Of a stretch of 64,000 nucleotides of DNA, positions 17,808 through 25,958 are shown one piece after another. Position 1 is the first letter of the stretch. The number at the start of each line of letters is the position of its first letter. The stretch is from Candidatus Poribacteria bacterium (GTDB lineage Bacteria > Poribacteria > WGA-4E > WGA-3G). The stretch is from contig JAPPII010000061.1 of the NCBI GenBank assembly GCA_028820845.1, positions 1,889 to 65,888 of the forward strand, written 5' to 3'. The notes beneath the pieces were generated by a model. That model worked only from the letters and a program-made list of their open reading frames with translations. It did no database searches and was not told the DNA's origin. The position numbers and the translations under genes are program-made.

Positions 17808-18776
17808 ATGCCGGATAACGATGTCCAATTTGCAGTCGTCAGAGAAGATCCGATGGTGGAGGCGGAGCTGGTTCGTTTAACAAATGCCAGCAATGTGCTG
17901 TTGATTGCTTCTGGCGGGTGTACTGCCTTAACATTGCAAGCGTTGTTTCCAGATTTGCATATCACGCTGGTCGATTTTAATCCGGCACAGTTAGAGCGAG
18001 TTCGAGACAAAATGAGAGCACTGCACGGTGTTGATGCAGCGGCACGGCATCGAAGATTTAATATTGAGACCAGCGATCCAAGTGGACTCAATCAGTGTGG
18101 TAACTTTGAGTCCCTGTTCCGAGGTCTACGGGAGTTCATCTTCGATCTGGTTGCCGACGAAGCGGAAATCCGACTGTTATTTGAAGAGAAAGGTCGACTT
18201 GCGGATGTCTCAGAGCTGCTCTTCTCGAACAAGTATTGGTCAGTAGCGTTCGATCTGTACTTTAGCGACTCACTTCTGAATGCGATGTTTGGTCCAGACG
18301 CTACACAGCACGCTGAAACTGGGAGTTATCGGCGTTACTTTCAGAGGTTATTTGAAAAAGGCTTGACCTCTGCAGGGGCGTTTGATAATTACTTTCTTCA
18401 TCATGTATTTCTTGGATACTATCTCCAACGTCCGGCAAGTCTGCCTTATTACCTCTTAGCACCATTTACCGATTACTGTTTTCAGATGATTGAAGGGACA
18501 CTGGATGGGGTCCCGGAGCTGCAACGTTTTGATCTCATATCTCTATCCAACATTATGGATTGGATGCCATTAGCTGAGATTACTTCCCTTATCGGTTATC
18601 TTCAAAACGAAATGAAATCTGGAGCGACGGTTCTGTATCGTCAACTCAATAATTACACCGATCTTTCAACCTATTTTGGCGATTCATTTACCTTCAATGA
18701 AGGGTTGGGTATTCGGTTCCAAGAAATCGAACGCAGCTTATTTTATGCCAGCGTTCATGTCGGAAAAAGGAAGTGA
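17808..18776 (+). CDS. DUF3419 (BtaA-like, SAM-dependent 3-amino-3-carboxypropyl-transferase fold) protein
   Basis: VQFAVVREDPMVEAELV...VLLIASGGCTALTL...LVDFNPAQLERVRDKMRAL matches the DUF3419 N-terminal pattern. A GTG at 17793 is an alternative start. Confidence 0.7.
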   Translation: MPDNDVQFAVVREDPMVEAELVRLTNASNVLLIASGGCTALTLQALFPDLHITLVDFNPAQLERVRDKMRALHGVDAAARHRRFNIETSDPSGLNQCGNFESLFRGLREFIFDLVADEAEIRLLFEEKGRLADVSELLFSNKYWSVAFDLYFSDSLLNAMFGPDATQHAETGSYRRYFQRLFEKGLTSAGAFDNYFLHHVFLGYYLQRPASLPYYLLAPFTDYCFQMIEGTLDGVPELQRFDLISLSNIMDWMPLAEITSLIGYLQNEMKSGATVLYRQLNNYTDLSTYFGDSFTFNEGLGIRFQEIERSLFYASVHVGKRK

Positions 18777-18782
18777 GTACGA

Positions 18783-19496
18783 ATGAACAGGAGTATTGAC
18801 AACATCCTGAAAGAGACGAATGTATGGATGAACCCATATTTTCAATCTTTGCGCGACGACACTTTTGATTTCGATGATTTTGTTGAAACACAAATTCAGT
18901 TCTATTTTGCTGTCGTGTTTTTCAACCGTCCGATGGCAGCCCTTGCTGCGAAGATCCCGACATCGGAATTGCGCTTGGAGGTCATTCGCAATGTTTGGGA
19001 GGAACACGGTGAAGGCAATACATCTCTAATGCACGAGAAAACATTTCTCACGTTTCTTGATCGGTTAGCTGGAATTAAACCCGAAGATATTGCGAAACGA
19101 GCGATGTGGCCTGAAGTTCGTGCCTTTAATACCGTGCTTGTCGGTGCTTGTGTGATGGATGAATACTTGATTGGTGCTGGGGTCATGGGAATCATCGAAC
19201 GGATGTTCTCGGACATTGCAGGCTGGCTCGGAGAGCAGGTTGTGAGTCATGGCTGGATCTCTGCGGAGAAGTTGATTCACTATAATCTCCATGAGGACCT
19301 CGATATTAAACATGCGGACGATTTCTTTGATGTACTTCGTCCTGCATGGGAGGCTGATGTCGAAAATAGATACTACATTGAACAAGGATTGCGCCTTGGG
19401 GCGTGCGTCTTCAATTCGCTTTATGAAGGACTTTACAAGGCACGAAAGCGTCGTATCTATCGCGATGTACGCGGACCCCATACACGGGCATCATAG
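18783..19496 (+). CDS. heme-oxygenase-like iron-containing redox enzyme family protein (Haem_oxygenas_2/CADD-like)
   Basis: NPYFQSL...FVETQIQFYFAV...IRNVWEEHGEGNTSLMHEKTFLTFLDRLG is typical of this family. Confidence 0.7.
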   Translation: MNRSIDNILKETNVWMNPYFQSLRDDTFDFDDFVETQIQFYFAVVFFNRPMAALAAKIPTSELRLEVIRNVWEEHGEGNTSLMHEKTFLTFLDRLAGIKPEDIAKRAMWPEVRAFNTVLVGACVMDEYLIGAGVMGIIERMFSDIAGWLGEQVVSHGWISAEKLIHYNLHEDLDIKHADDFFDVLRPAWEADVENRYYIEQGLRLGACVFNSLYEGLYKARKRRIYRDVRGPHTRAS

Positions 19497-19513
19497 CGGT
19501 GTTGAGGTATCAG

Positions 19514-20335
19514 ATGCGGATAAACCGTTCTTTGGATATCAAAGAATTACGCAATGCGGAGTGGAAAGTTTTCCATGATCGCATCGCGGACTTAGAGAAG
19601 GGGACGAGTTATCCGTTGGGTGAGGATCGGTTTGAGATTGACCACGGTGCGGATTATTTTGCGTTCTTCACGCGGCTGGGTCAGCTCCGCTACTATGTCG
19701 TGCTTGACGGGGATCGGGTGGTAGCAGTAGCCGCTGCGATCTTACGCCGTGTGCCGCCAATGAGCGATAAAAAGCCGAAAACGGTGTGGTATCTTTGTGA
19801 TTTGAAGGTTCACCCAGAATACCGTGGACGCTATCTCCCTGTCTCGATATTTGTCCACGCTTTTCCAAAGTTGTATCCTCTTTGCCCTCGTGGGTATGCT
19901 ATCTCTATGGATGCGGACAGCGAACGTCCAAATCGCGTTGCACTCATGCTAAAGCGTTTTCCGCTCGCGCCGATGTCAATCGCGACAAAGTTAGGAATTG
20001 TTTCTTTAGATGCCGAGCAAATGCGAGAAGTCGAACCGTTTTTACGAGACTATTTTGGAGACGTTTCTTATCTGTCGTTGGCGGACAAAAAGGACATCAT
20101 TTTGCAGAGTACCCGCTCGCCGATGCCACTGTTACATGTTCAGTTCGGACCGTGTGCGGCGCAAGGGCATCCGAAACCGCTTGATGATTATATTCACATG
20201 TTCTGTGTTTCGATGGATCATCCACTGCTTGAGATATTGAGGCATCAAGGTACTTATCCATCAGCCACGGCTACCGTCATTCATCACGGTATGGAGGCGT
20301 GGGATTGGGAGTTCATCCTCACCAGCGACATCTAA
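19514..20335 (+). CDS. hypothetical protein, possibly a GNAT-type acyltransferase
   Basis: YYVVLDGDRVVAVAAAILRRV...WYLCDLKVHPEYRGRYL resembles GNAT motif A. Weak call. Confidence 0.4.
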   Translation: MRINRSLDIKELRNAEWKVFHDRIADLEKGTSYPLGEDRFEIDHGADYFAFFTRLGQLRYYVVLDGDRVVAVAAAILRRVPPMSDKKPKTVWYLCDLKVHPEYRGRYLPVSIFVHAFPKLYPLCPRGYAISMDADSERPNRVALMLKRFPLAPMSIATKLGIVSLDAEQMREVEPFLRDYFGDVSYLSLADKKDIILQSTRSPMPLLHVQFGPCAAQGHPKPLDDYIHMFCVSMDHPLLEILRHQGTYPSATATVIHHGMEAWDWEFILTSDI

Positions 20336-20425
20336 TAATAAATCAATAGGAGGGAATCGGGATGTGTTGTTGCGATGTTGCTTTCAAGCACATACCAAGC
20401 GTATAATATCCCGTGAATTTTTATT

Positions 20426-20893
20426 ATGGCGCGATCACTTACTGATGGCGAAATGGTCAATGGTAAGAAACATGGATATTGGGTCACTTATTATGCGAAC
20501 GGACATAAGCGTAGCGAAGGTGGCTACATTCATGGTAAGAAGGACGGACCTTGGATCACTTACCACAAGAATGGGAACAAGGCGGGTGAAGCGACCTTCC
20601 GCGATGGAAAATACGAAGGTCTTTGTGTCACCTATTATGAAAATGGAAGCCGTAGATCCAGTGGAGTCTTTCCTAAACATGTTGGTAAGTCGTATGACGG
20701 CAAAAAGGAGGGGCCGTTTTATAATTACGAAGATGATGGCAAGACGGTGTGGCTGATTGTCACCTACAAGAAAGGTGGGAGCCGTGCGAAACCGGATGAA
20801 TATCCGCTCGGTGTCTGCGCTGTGTGTGGCGAGGGAAGACGTTTGGCTTGGGGCAATACTTGCCCGAAGTGCGGTAACGAACTGGAGACATAA
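20426..20893 (+). CDS. MORN-repeat (YwqK-like) protein with C-terminal CxxC...CxxC zinc ribbon (paralog 1)
   Basis: Repeated G.K.G.W..Y..NG units and a C-terminal CAVCGEGRRLAWGNTCPKCG. Confidence 0.8.
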   Translation: MARSLTDGEMVNGKKHGYWVTYYANGHKRSEGGYIHGKKDGPWITYHKNGNKAGEATFRDGKYEGLCVTYYENGSRRSSGVFPKHVGKSYDGKKEGPFYNYEDDGKTVWLIVTYKKGGSRAKPDEYPLGVCAVCGEGRRLAWGNTCPKCGNELET

Positions 20894-20916
20894 TTTGAAA
20901 AAGGAGACTAAAAACG

Positions 20917-21696
20917 ATGAAAGTCCTAATTACTTTGGTTGCTATGATAGTTATCTTTATTTCAGGGATATGGGTTCAGGAAAGCATATCGGAAATTGAT
21001 CCAGCATCCCTTATGGGGATGTGGCTCTTTGATCAGGGAAAAGGAGACGCGGTTGTGGATACCTCCGGCAATGGAAATGATGGTGAGATTGTTGACGCTG
21101 AACGAGTAGATGGAAAGAGTGGCAAGGGAATAGAATTTGACGGGACTAACCATGTGGTTATCCCAGCGAGCAAAACGGTCAATGACTTCCTTGATGGATT
21201 TACGTATCTGCTCTGGGTGAAACCGCTGGGTAACCCTTCGGGTCCCCATGTTCGTCTCATAGAGAGAGATTGGCACAATCCAAATATTCTCATCGGTCCG
21301 ACCGATTTTTATGGTAGTTTTATCTTCAACGGCGGAATAGACAACAGTGCTGTTCGAGGCGGGACTTGGGAGATGGACGAGTGGAGTTTTGTTGCTTTAA
21401 CACACGATGGTAAGACACTCGTCCTCTATGTTGATGGTGAGGTTGCAGCGGATTTAGATGTAGGAGAACCAGATTTTACCGCACAACACGACGGTGGTTC
21501 GATTTGGTTAACCCGTTGGAAAGGGGGGCCTGGTTGGGATTTTTCGGGGGTTCTTGACGAAGTGGCTATCTTCAATACTGCACTCAGTGAAGACGACCTG
21601 AATACTATCATGACAGATGGACTTGAGAAAGCCCTCTCGGTTTCTGCAATTAATAAGCTGACAACGACTTGGGGGGACATCAAACGGCAAGAGTAA
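20917..21696 (+). CDS. secreted LamG/concanavalin-A-like lectin domain protein
   Basis: Signal/anchor MKVLITLVAMIVIFISGIWV. WLFDQGKGDAVVDTSGNGNDGEIV...GKGIEFDG...DEVAIFNTALSEDD is the typical LamG-jellyroll pattern. Confidence 0.8.
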   Translation: MKVLITLVAMIVIFISGIWVQESISEIDPASLMGMWLFDQGKGDAVVDTSGNGNDGEIVDAERVDGKSGKGIEFDGTNHVVIPASKTVNDFLDGFTYLLWVKPLGNPSGPHVRLIERDWHNPNILIGPTDFYGSFIFNGGIDNSAVRGGTWEMDEWSFVALTHDGKTLVLYVDGEVAADLDVGEPDFTAQHDGGSIWLTRWKGGPGWDFSGVLDEVAIFNTALSEDDLNTIMTDGLEKALSVSAINKLTTTWGDIKRQE

Positions 21697-21804
21697 TCAC
21701 TGCATGAGACTTATTTTTACAAACGAATAGGAGGTAATAGGGACGCGTCATCAAGACACAACTTGCAAGCTTGTATTTGATGTCGGCGTCCCACAAATTT
21801 AACT

Positions 21805-22272
21805 ATGGCAAAATCACTTACTGATGGCGAGATGCGCAACGGCAAGAAGCACGGGTATTGGGTTACTTACTACGCCAATGGCTTTAAGCGGAGTGAAGGT
21901 GGCTACATTGAAGAAAAAAAAGAGGGGCTTTGGATCCAGTACCATAAAAATGGAAACAAAGCGAGCGAAGGCTTTTTCCGCGATGGTAAGAACGAAGGCG
22001 ACTATGTGGCGTATTATGAAAATGGCAATCGCAAATGGGGTGGTCCCTACCGCAAACATGATGGCGGCTCCGCTGATGGCAGAAAAGAAGGTGTCTGGCT
22101 TTGCTATGAAGAGGATGGCGAGACGGTGTGGCGCATTATCACCTACAAGAAAGGTGGGAGTCGTGCGAAACCCGATGAATACCCACTGGGGGTCTGTGCT
22201 GTTTGCGGTGAAGGCAGACGCTCAACGTGGAAGGATGCTTGTCCGCAATGTGGGGCAGATGTTTCTGATTGA
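21805..22272 (+). CDS. MORN-repeat (YwqK-like) protein with C-terminal zinc ribbon (paralog 2)
   Basis: Collinear with 20426-20893, roughly two-thirds identical by eye. CAVCGEGRRSTWKDACPQCG. Confidence 0.8.
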   Translation: MAKSLTDGEMRNGKKHGYWVTYYANGFKRSEGGYIEEKKEGLWIQYHKNGNKASEGFFRDGKNEGDYVAYYENGNRKWGGPYRKHDGGSADGRKEGVWLCYEEDGETVWRIITYKKGGSRAKPDEYPLGVCAVCGEGRRSTWKDACPQCGADVSD

Positions 22273-22372
22273 TTCTCAAAAATTCTGAAGTTTTAGTCCT
22301 ATAAATTCTGATTTTTTTCTCAGAAACAGGGTTTAACTGAATAAAATACCTAAAAAAGAGAAGGAAAAATTA

Positions 22373-24814
22373 GTGGCAATTAAACGGAATTTTCTGACCG
22401 TCTGGGCGTTTTTCGTTGTTTTTTTCGTTGTACAACTCCCCGGCGGTCTCAAGGCTGAAAATGAGGAAAAATCACTGCACAGAACCGCAACAGCTGTCCG
22501 AATCAATAGCGCGCCGCCACAGTTAGATGGGGTTTTGGACGATGCGATCTGGAAAACCGCACCCCTCCATGAAGGATTTAGGCAACAAGACCCTGATGAA
22601 GGAGAGCTGGCAACCGAACGCACTACGTTCCAAATCGCCTACGATGACGAGGCAATCTACTTCGCGGTGATGTGCTACGATAAAGAACCCGAAAAGATTT
22701 TCTCTCGCTTGGTTCGGCGCGATAACTACGTTACATCCGATAGACTTGATGTAGTTCTCGACCCGCATTACAGTCGGCAGAATGCATTCTGGTTTACCGT
22801 TTATCCTTCAGGATCTGTAACAGATGGGACTATTTCTGGCGGCGGTTGGTGGGATAGTACGTGGAACGGCGTGTGGGAAGTGAAAACAAAAATTCACAAA
22901 AATGGCTGGGCGGCAGAATATAAAATTCCCTATCACGTCCTACGCTTTGCACCTAAAGAAAAATATACATGGGGACTCCAAGTTTCACGGAGCATTAGCA
23001 GAAAAAAAGAATATGCGCTTTGGCGTTTGATTAAAAAAGATGAACCCGGTTGGGTCTCCCGTTTTGGCGATCTAACAGGTATTGAGAATATCCATCCGCC
23101 GCACCATTTGGAATTAGTTCCTTATACCATGGGTCGGACAACACTCAATAGCAAAACCGATTTATGGGGGAACATTGGTAGTGATGTTCAGTATGGAATT
23201 ACCTCCGGAATAACGCTCAATGCTACAGTCAATCCAGATTTTGGACAGGTGGAGGCGGATCCGGCGCGTCTAAATCTTTCGGCGTATGAGGAATTTTTTG
23301 AGGAACGTCGTCCTTTCTTTGTGGAAGGGGCCTCCATCTTTAGCAGCAACGACTATAATTTTTTTTATACTCGGCGCATCGGGCGGCAGCCAGGGCATTT
23401 TGACCTGCCCGAGGGTGCTAAAGAACTCAGCCGCCCGGAGGCGACAACGATTCTGGGGGCTGCCAAAATTGCTGGTAGAACTCAAAGCAAGACCTCCTTC
23501 GGCATCATGGAAGCCGTTACATCTCCAGAGTACGCACAGATCGAAGAAGCAGGTAAAGATGACAAATTCCTTGTTGAACCTTTGACGAACTATTTCGTTG
23601 GTAGGGTCAAGCAGGATGTCCTCGGCAATTCATACGTTGGATTGATAGGGACAGCTGTCAATCGCCAGGCTTCCAATGCCGCGTATGTAGGGGGTTTGGA
23701 CTGGGATTTAAAGTTTGCAAAGGAACGGTACCAGATAAGTGGCACCTTAGCGGCAAGTCAGGCGGGTAAAATGGATGAACGCAAATCGGGCTACCTTGCC
23801 CACCTTGAATTTGACAAACGTGGTGGATGGATGCAATTTGATACCGATTTCAGAGTGCTTTCGCCTGACTTAGAAATGAACGACCTCGGCTTCCGGCGAC
23901 GTGCGGATATGCTTGAGTGGAATTACGACTTCACCGTGCGGAAGGGAAAACCCTTTAGTGTCTTCAGACGCGTCATTTTCGGACTCTACGGCTGGCGAAC
24001 ATGGAATTACGACGGAGTCAGTATCAGTCGCTACTCCGAAATCTGGACAGATGGCCGTCTAAAAAACTATTGGGATTATGATCTTTGGATTGGACGAAAT
24101 TTGGAGTCGTTTAGTGATGATGACACGATGCGTGGTGGAACGCTGATCAAAAGTCCGCCAGGCTGGTGGATTTTTACAGCACTCTCCACCGATAGCCGTA
24201 AAATGATTCAGTTGCGGTTGAATCCTGTTTTCGCATGGAATGATGATAGGCGTTCGTATGACTACGATGTGCGGCTCTGGTTACGCATTCGACTCGCCTC
24301 CAATATTGAGGTGAGCTTCGGTCCCTCGTACAATTATGGCGTACAGGATGCACAATGGGTAGATCTGGTGGAAGAAAACATCGATGGACACATCGAAAAA
24401 CATTACGTCTATGGTGAACTGGAGCGCCGCACACTGGATTTCACAACGCGCGCGAACATCAGTTTTACGCCTACGCTGAGTCTCCAATTCTACGTGCAAC
24501 CCTTTGTTACTATCGGGGACTATGCCAATTTCAAGGAGTTGATTGAACCGAAGTCTTATCAGTTCAAGCCTTACGCGCTAAACGAAAATCGTGATTTCCA
24601 TCGTAGGTCTTTACGGGGCAACACTGTGCTTCGCTGGGAATTCCGTCCGGGCAGCACCCTATTTCTCGTCTGGACACAATCCCGAGAAGCGGAGTTGGAG
24701 CAGCTTCGCACAGCAGACCTCGAATTCCGTCCATTACACCGACTGCGTAATAGCTTCACCGATGAAGGCAAGAATGTTTTCCTGATAAAATGTCGGTATT
24801 GGCTCGGGGTGTAA
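22373..24814 (+). CDS. CBM9-like plus DUF5916 protein (probable outer-membrane beta-barrel), paralog 1
   Basis: Signal peptide. PPQLDGVLDDAIWKTAPLHEGFRQQDPDEGE...FQIAYDDEAIYFAVMCYD (CBM9-like). NPDFGQVEADPA. C-terminal aromatic-rich end CRYWLGV. Confidence 0.75.
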   Translation: MAIKRNFLTVWAFFVVFFVVQLPGGLKAENEEKSLHRTATAVRINSAPPQLDGVLDDAIWKTAPLHEGFRQQDPDEGELATERTTFQIAYDDEAIYFAVMCYDKEPEKIFSRLVRRDNYVTSDRLDVVLDPHYSRQNAFWFTVYPSGSVTDGTISGGGWWDSTWNGVWEVKTKIHKNGWAAEYKIPYHVLRFAPKEKYTWGLQVSRSISRKKEYALWRLIKKDEPGWVSRFGDLTGIENIHPPHHLELVPYTMGRTTLNSKTDLWGNIGSDVQYGITSGITLNATVNPDFGQVEADPARLNLSAYEEFFEERRPFFVEGASIFSSNDYNFFYTRRIGRQPGHFDLPEGAKELSRPEATTILGAAKIAGRTQSKTSFGIMEAVTSPEYAQIEEAGKDDKFLVEPLTNYFVGRVKQDVLGNSYVGLIGTAVNRQASNAAYVGGLDWDLKFAKERYQISGTLAASQAGKMDERKSGYLAHLEFDKRGGWMQFDTDFRVLSPDLEMNDLGFRRRADMLEWNYDFTVRKGKPFSVFRRVIFGLYGWRTWNYDGVSISRYSEIWTDGRLKNYWDYDLWIGRNLESFSDDDTMRGGTLIKSPPGWWIFTALSTDSRKMIQLRLNPVFAWNDDRRSYDYDVRLWLRIRLASNIEVSFGPSYNYGVQDAQWVDLVEENIDGHIEKHYVYGELERRTLDFTTRANISFTPTLSLQFYVQPFVTIGDYANFKELIEPKSYQFKPYALNENRDFHRRSLRGNTVLRWEFRPGSTLFLVWTQSREAELEQLRTADLEFRPLHRLRNSFTDEGKNVFLIKCRYWLGV

Positions 24815-24882
24815 GGCACTAATGGAGAGTCCTAAGTTAAGTCCTAAAAAAAATTCCAATCACGGAACTCGAATACAATCAT

Positions 24883-25056
24883 ATGTTCTCCACGAAGAAT
24901 CTGTATGATTTGCCAACCTACTACAACTATGGCGTAGGTTCTGCAGGCTTTGGCGTTTTTCGCGAACTTATGTTCTCCACGAAGAATCTGTATGATTTGC
25001 CAACCTACTACAACTATGGCGTAGGTTCTGCAGGCTTTGGCGTTTTTCGCGAACTT
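24883..25056 (+). repeat. perfect tandem duplication, 2 x 87 bp
   Basis: 24883-24969 is identical to 24970-25056. Each unit starts with ATG and encodes MFSTKNLYDLPTYYNYGVGSAGFGVFREL. Confidence 0.95.
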
Positions 25057-25875
25057 CTGATGCACATCAAAACGACGAATTGGGTGCTGCAAGGCGCGAT
25101 TGAGAATTTCCCCTTGATGTATCATTACCGAATCCTGCCACGTTCTGGGGAAAAGGTGGATTTGGATATGGATTGGTACAGCAGATATGTGAGATATTGG
25201 AATGGCAATGAAGACATTGGAAGATACATTGTTGACAGAACGAATGCGACATACGAGGTGGCACTATTTTTAGAGTATATACCTTACTCGTTTTCAAAAT
25301 GGTTTGGAAAAAATATAGACCGATTGGACGCGTTCATCAACGAAGTGCTGGATACCCTAACGTTTCTGCGAAAAAACGGAATTATCCATTTTGATGTCCA
25401 TTTCAATAATATCGTCACTGATGGAAATAAACCCTACTTAACAGATTTTGGATTGGTGCTTGACAGGCGTTTTGATTTGACGGAAATGGAACGGGTGTTT
25501 TTCAGAAAAAACTCGTACTATGACTATGGAGAATTTCTGTCGTGTTTTGGAGAACATCTTTTATCAATTTATCGGGGCCTTGCAAAGAAAAAAAAAAAGA
25601 AAATCATAGAAAAATATGGTCTGAAGGGTGACGAGCGATATCCAGGATTTTTTATTCCGTTACTGGAAAATATCAGCGAAATCTGTGCTGATGGCTTCAT
25701 GATGTTAGACAGGGACTACGCCGAAGTTGTCATAAGATATCGAGCTATCATTATATTGATGCTGGAGTTTTTTGGAAATATAACACAAAATGATAGGAAG
25801 GACACAAAGTATAGCCACGCAAAATTAAAGCGTTTACTCGAAACTACGGAAATTTTTCAGGCGAAAACGCCTTAA
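24883..25875 (+). CDS. protein-kinase-like/APH-family phosphotransferase
   Basis: GIIHFDVHFNNIVTDG (HxDxxxxN catalytic loop), YLTDFGL (DFG), and a Gly-rich GVGSAGFGV. The start could be 24883 or the duplicated ATG at 24970. Confidence 0.7.
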   Translation: MFSTKNLYDLPTYYNYGVGSAGFGVFRELMFSTKNLYDLPTYYNYGVGSAGFGVFRELLMHIKTTNWVLQGAIENFPLMYHYRILPRSGEKVDLDMDWYSRYVRYWNGNEDIGRYIVDRTNATYEVALFLEYIPYSFSKWFGKNIDRLDAFINEVLDTLTFLRKNGIIHFDVHFNNIVTDGNKPYLTDFGLVLDRRFDLTEMERVFFRKNSYYDYGEFLSCFGEHLLSIYRGLAKKKKKKIIEKYGLKGDERYPGFFIPLLENISEICADGFMMLDRDYAEVVIRYRAIIILMLEFFGNITQNDRKDTKYSHAKLKRLLETTEIFQAKTP

Positions 25876-25958
25876 CCTACCAAAGCTGCATTTGGTGCGA
25901 GTGGTGACTCGTTAGAAATTCGTTGCGCAATTACTTAAGAGAATAGAGGAGATAATCA

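Noticed and set aside
20364-20756. Alternative-frame ORFs overlapping the two MORN genes (20364-20756 and 21824-22288)
   Set aside because: The MORN frame gives a clear repeat pattern and a zinc ribbon conserved between paralogs. The alternative frames are not conserved between the two copies in any meaningful way.
24883-25056. The direct repeat as a CRISPR array or minisatellite
   Set aside because: There are only two abutting 87-bp units with no spacers, and they lie in frame within a CDS. This is a simple tandem duplication.
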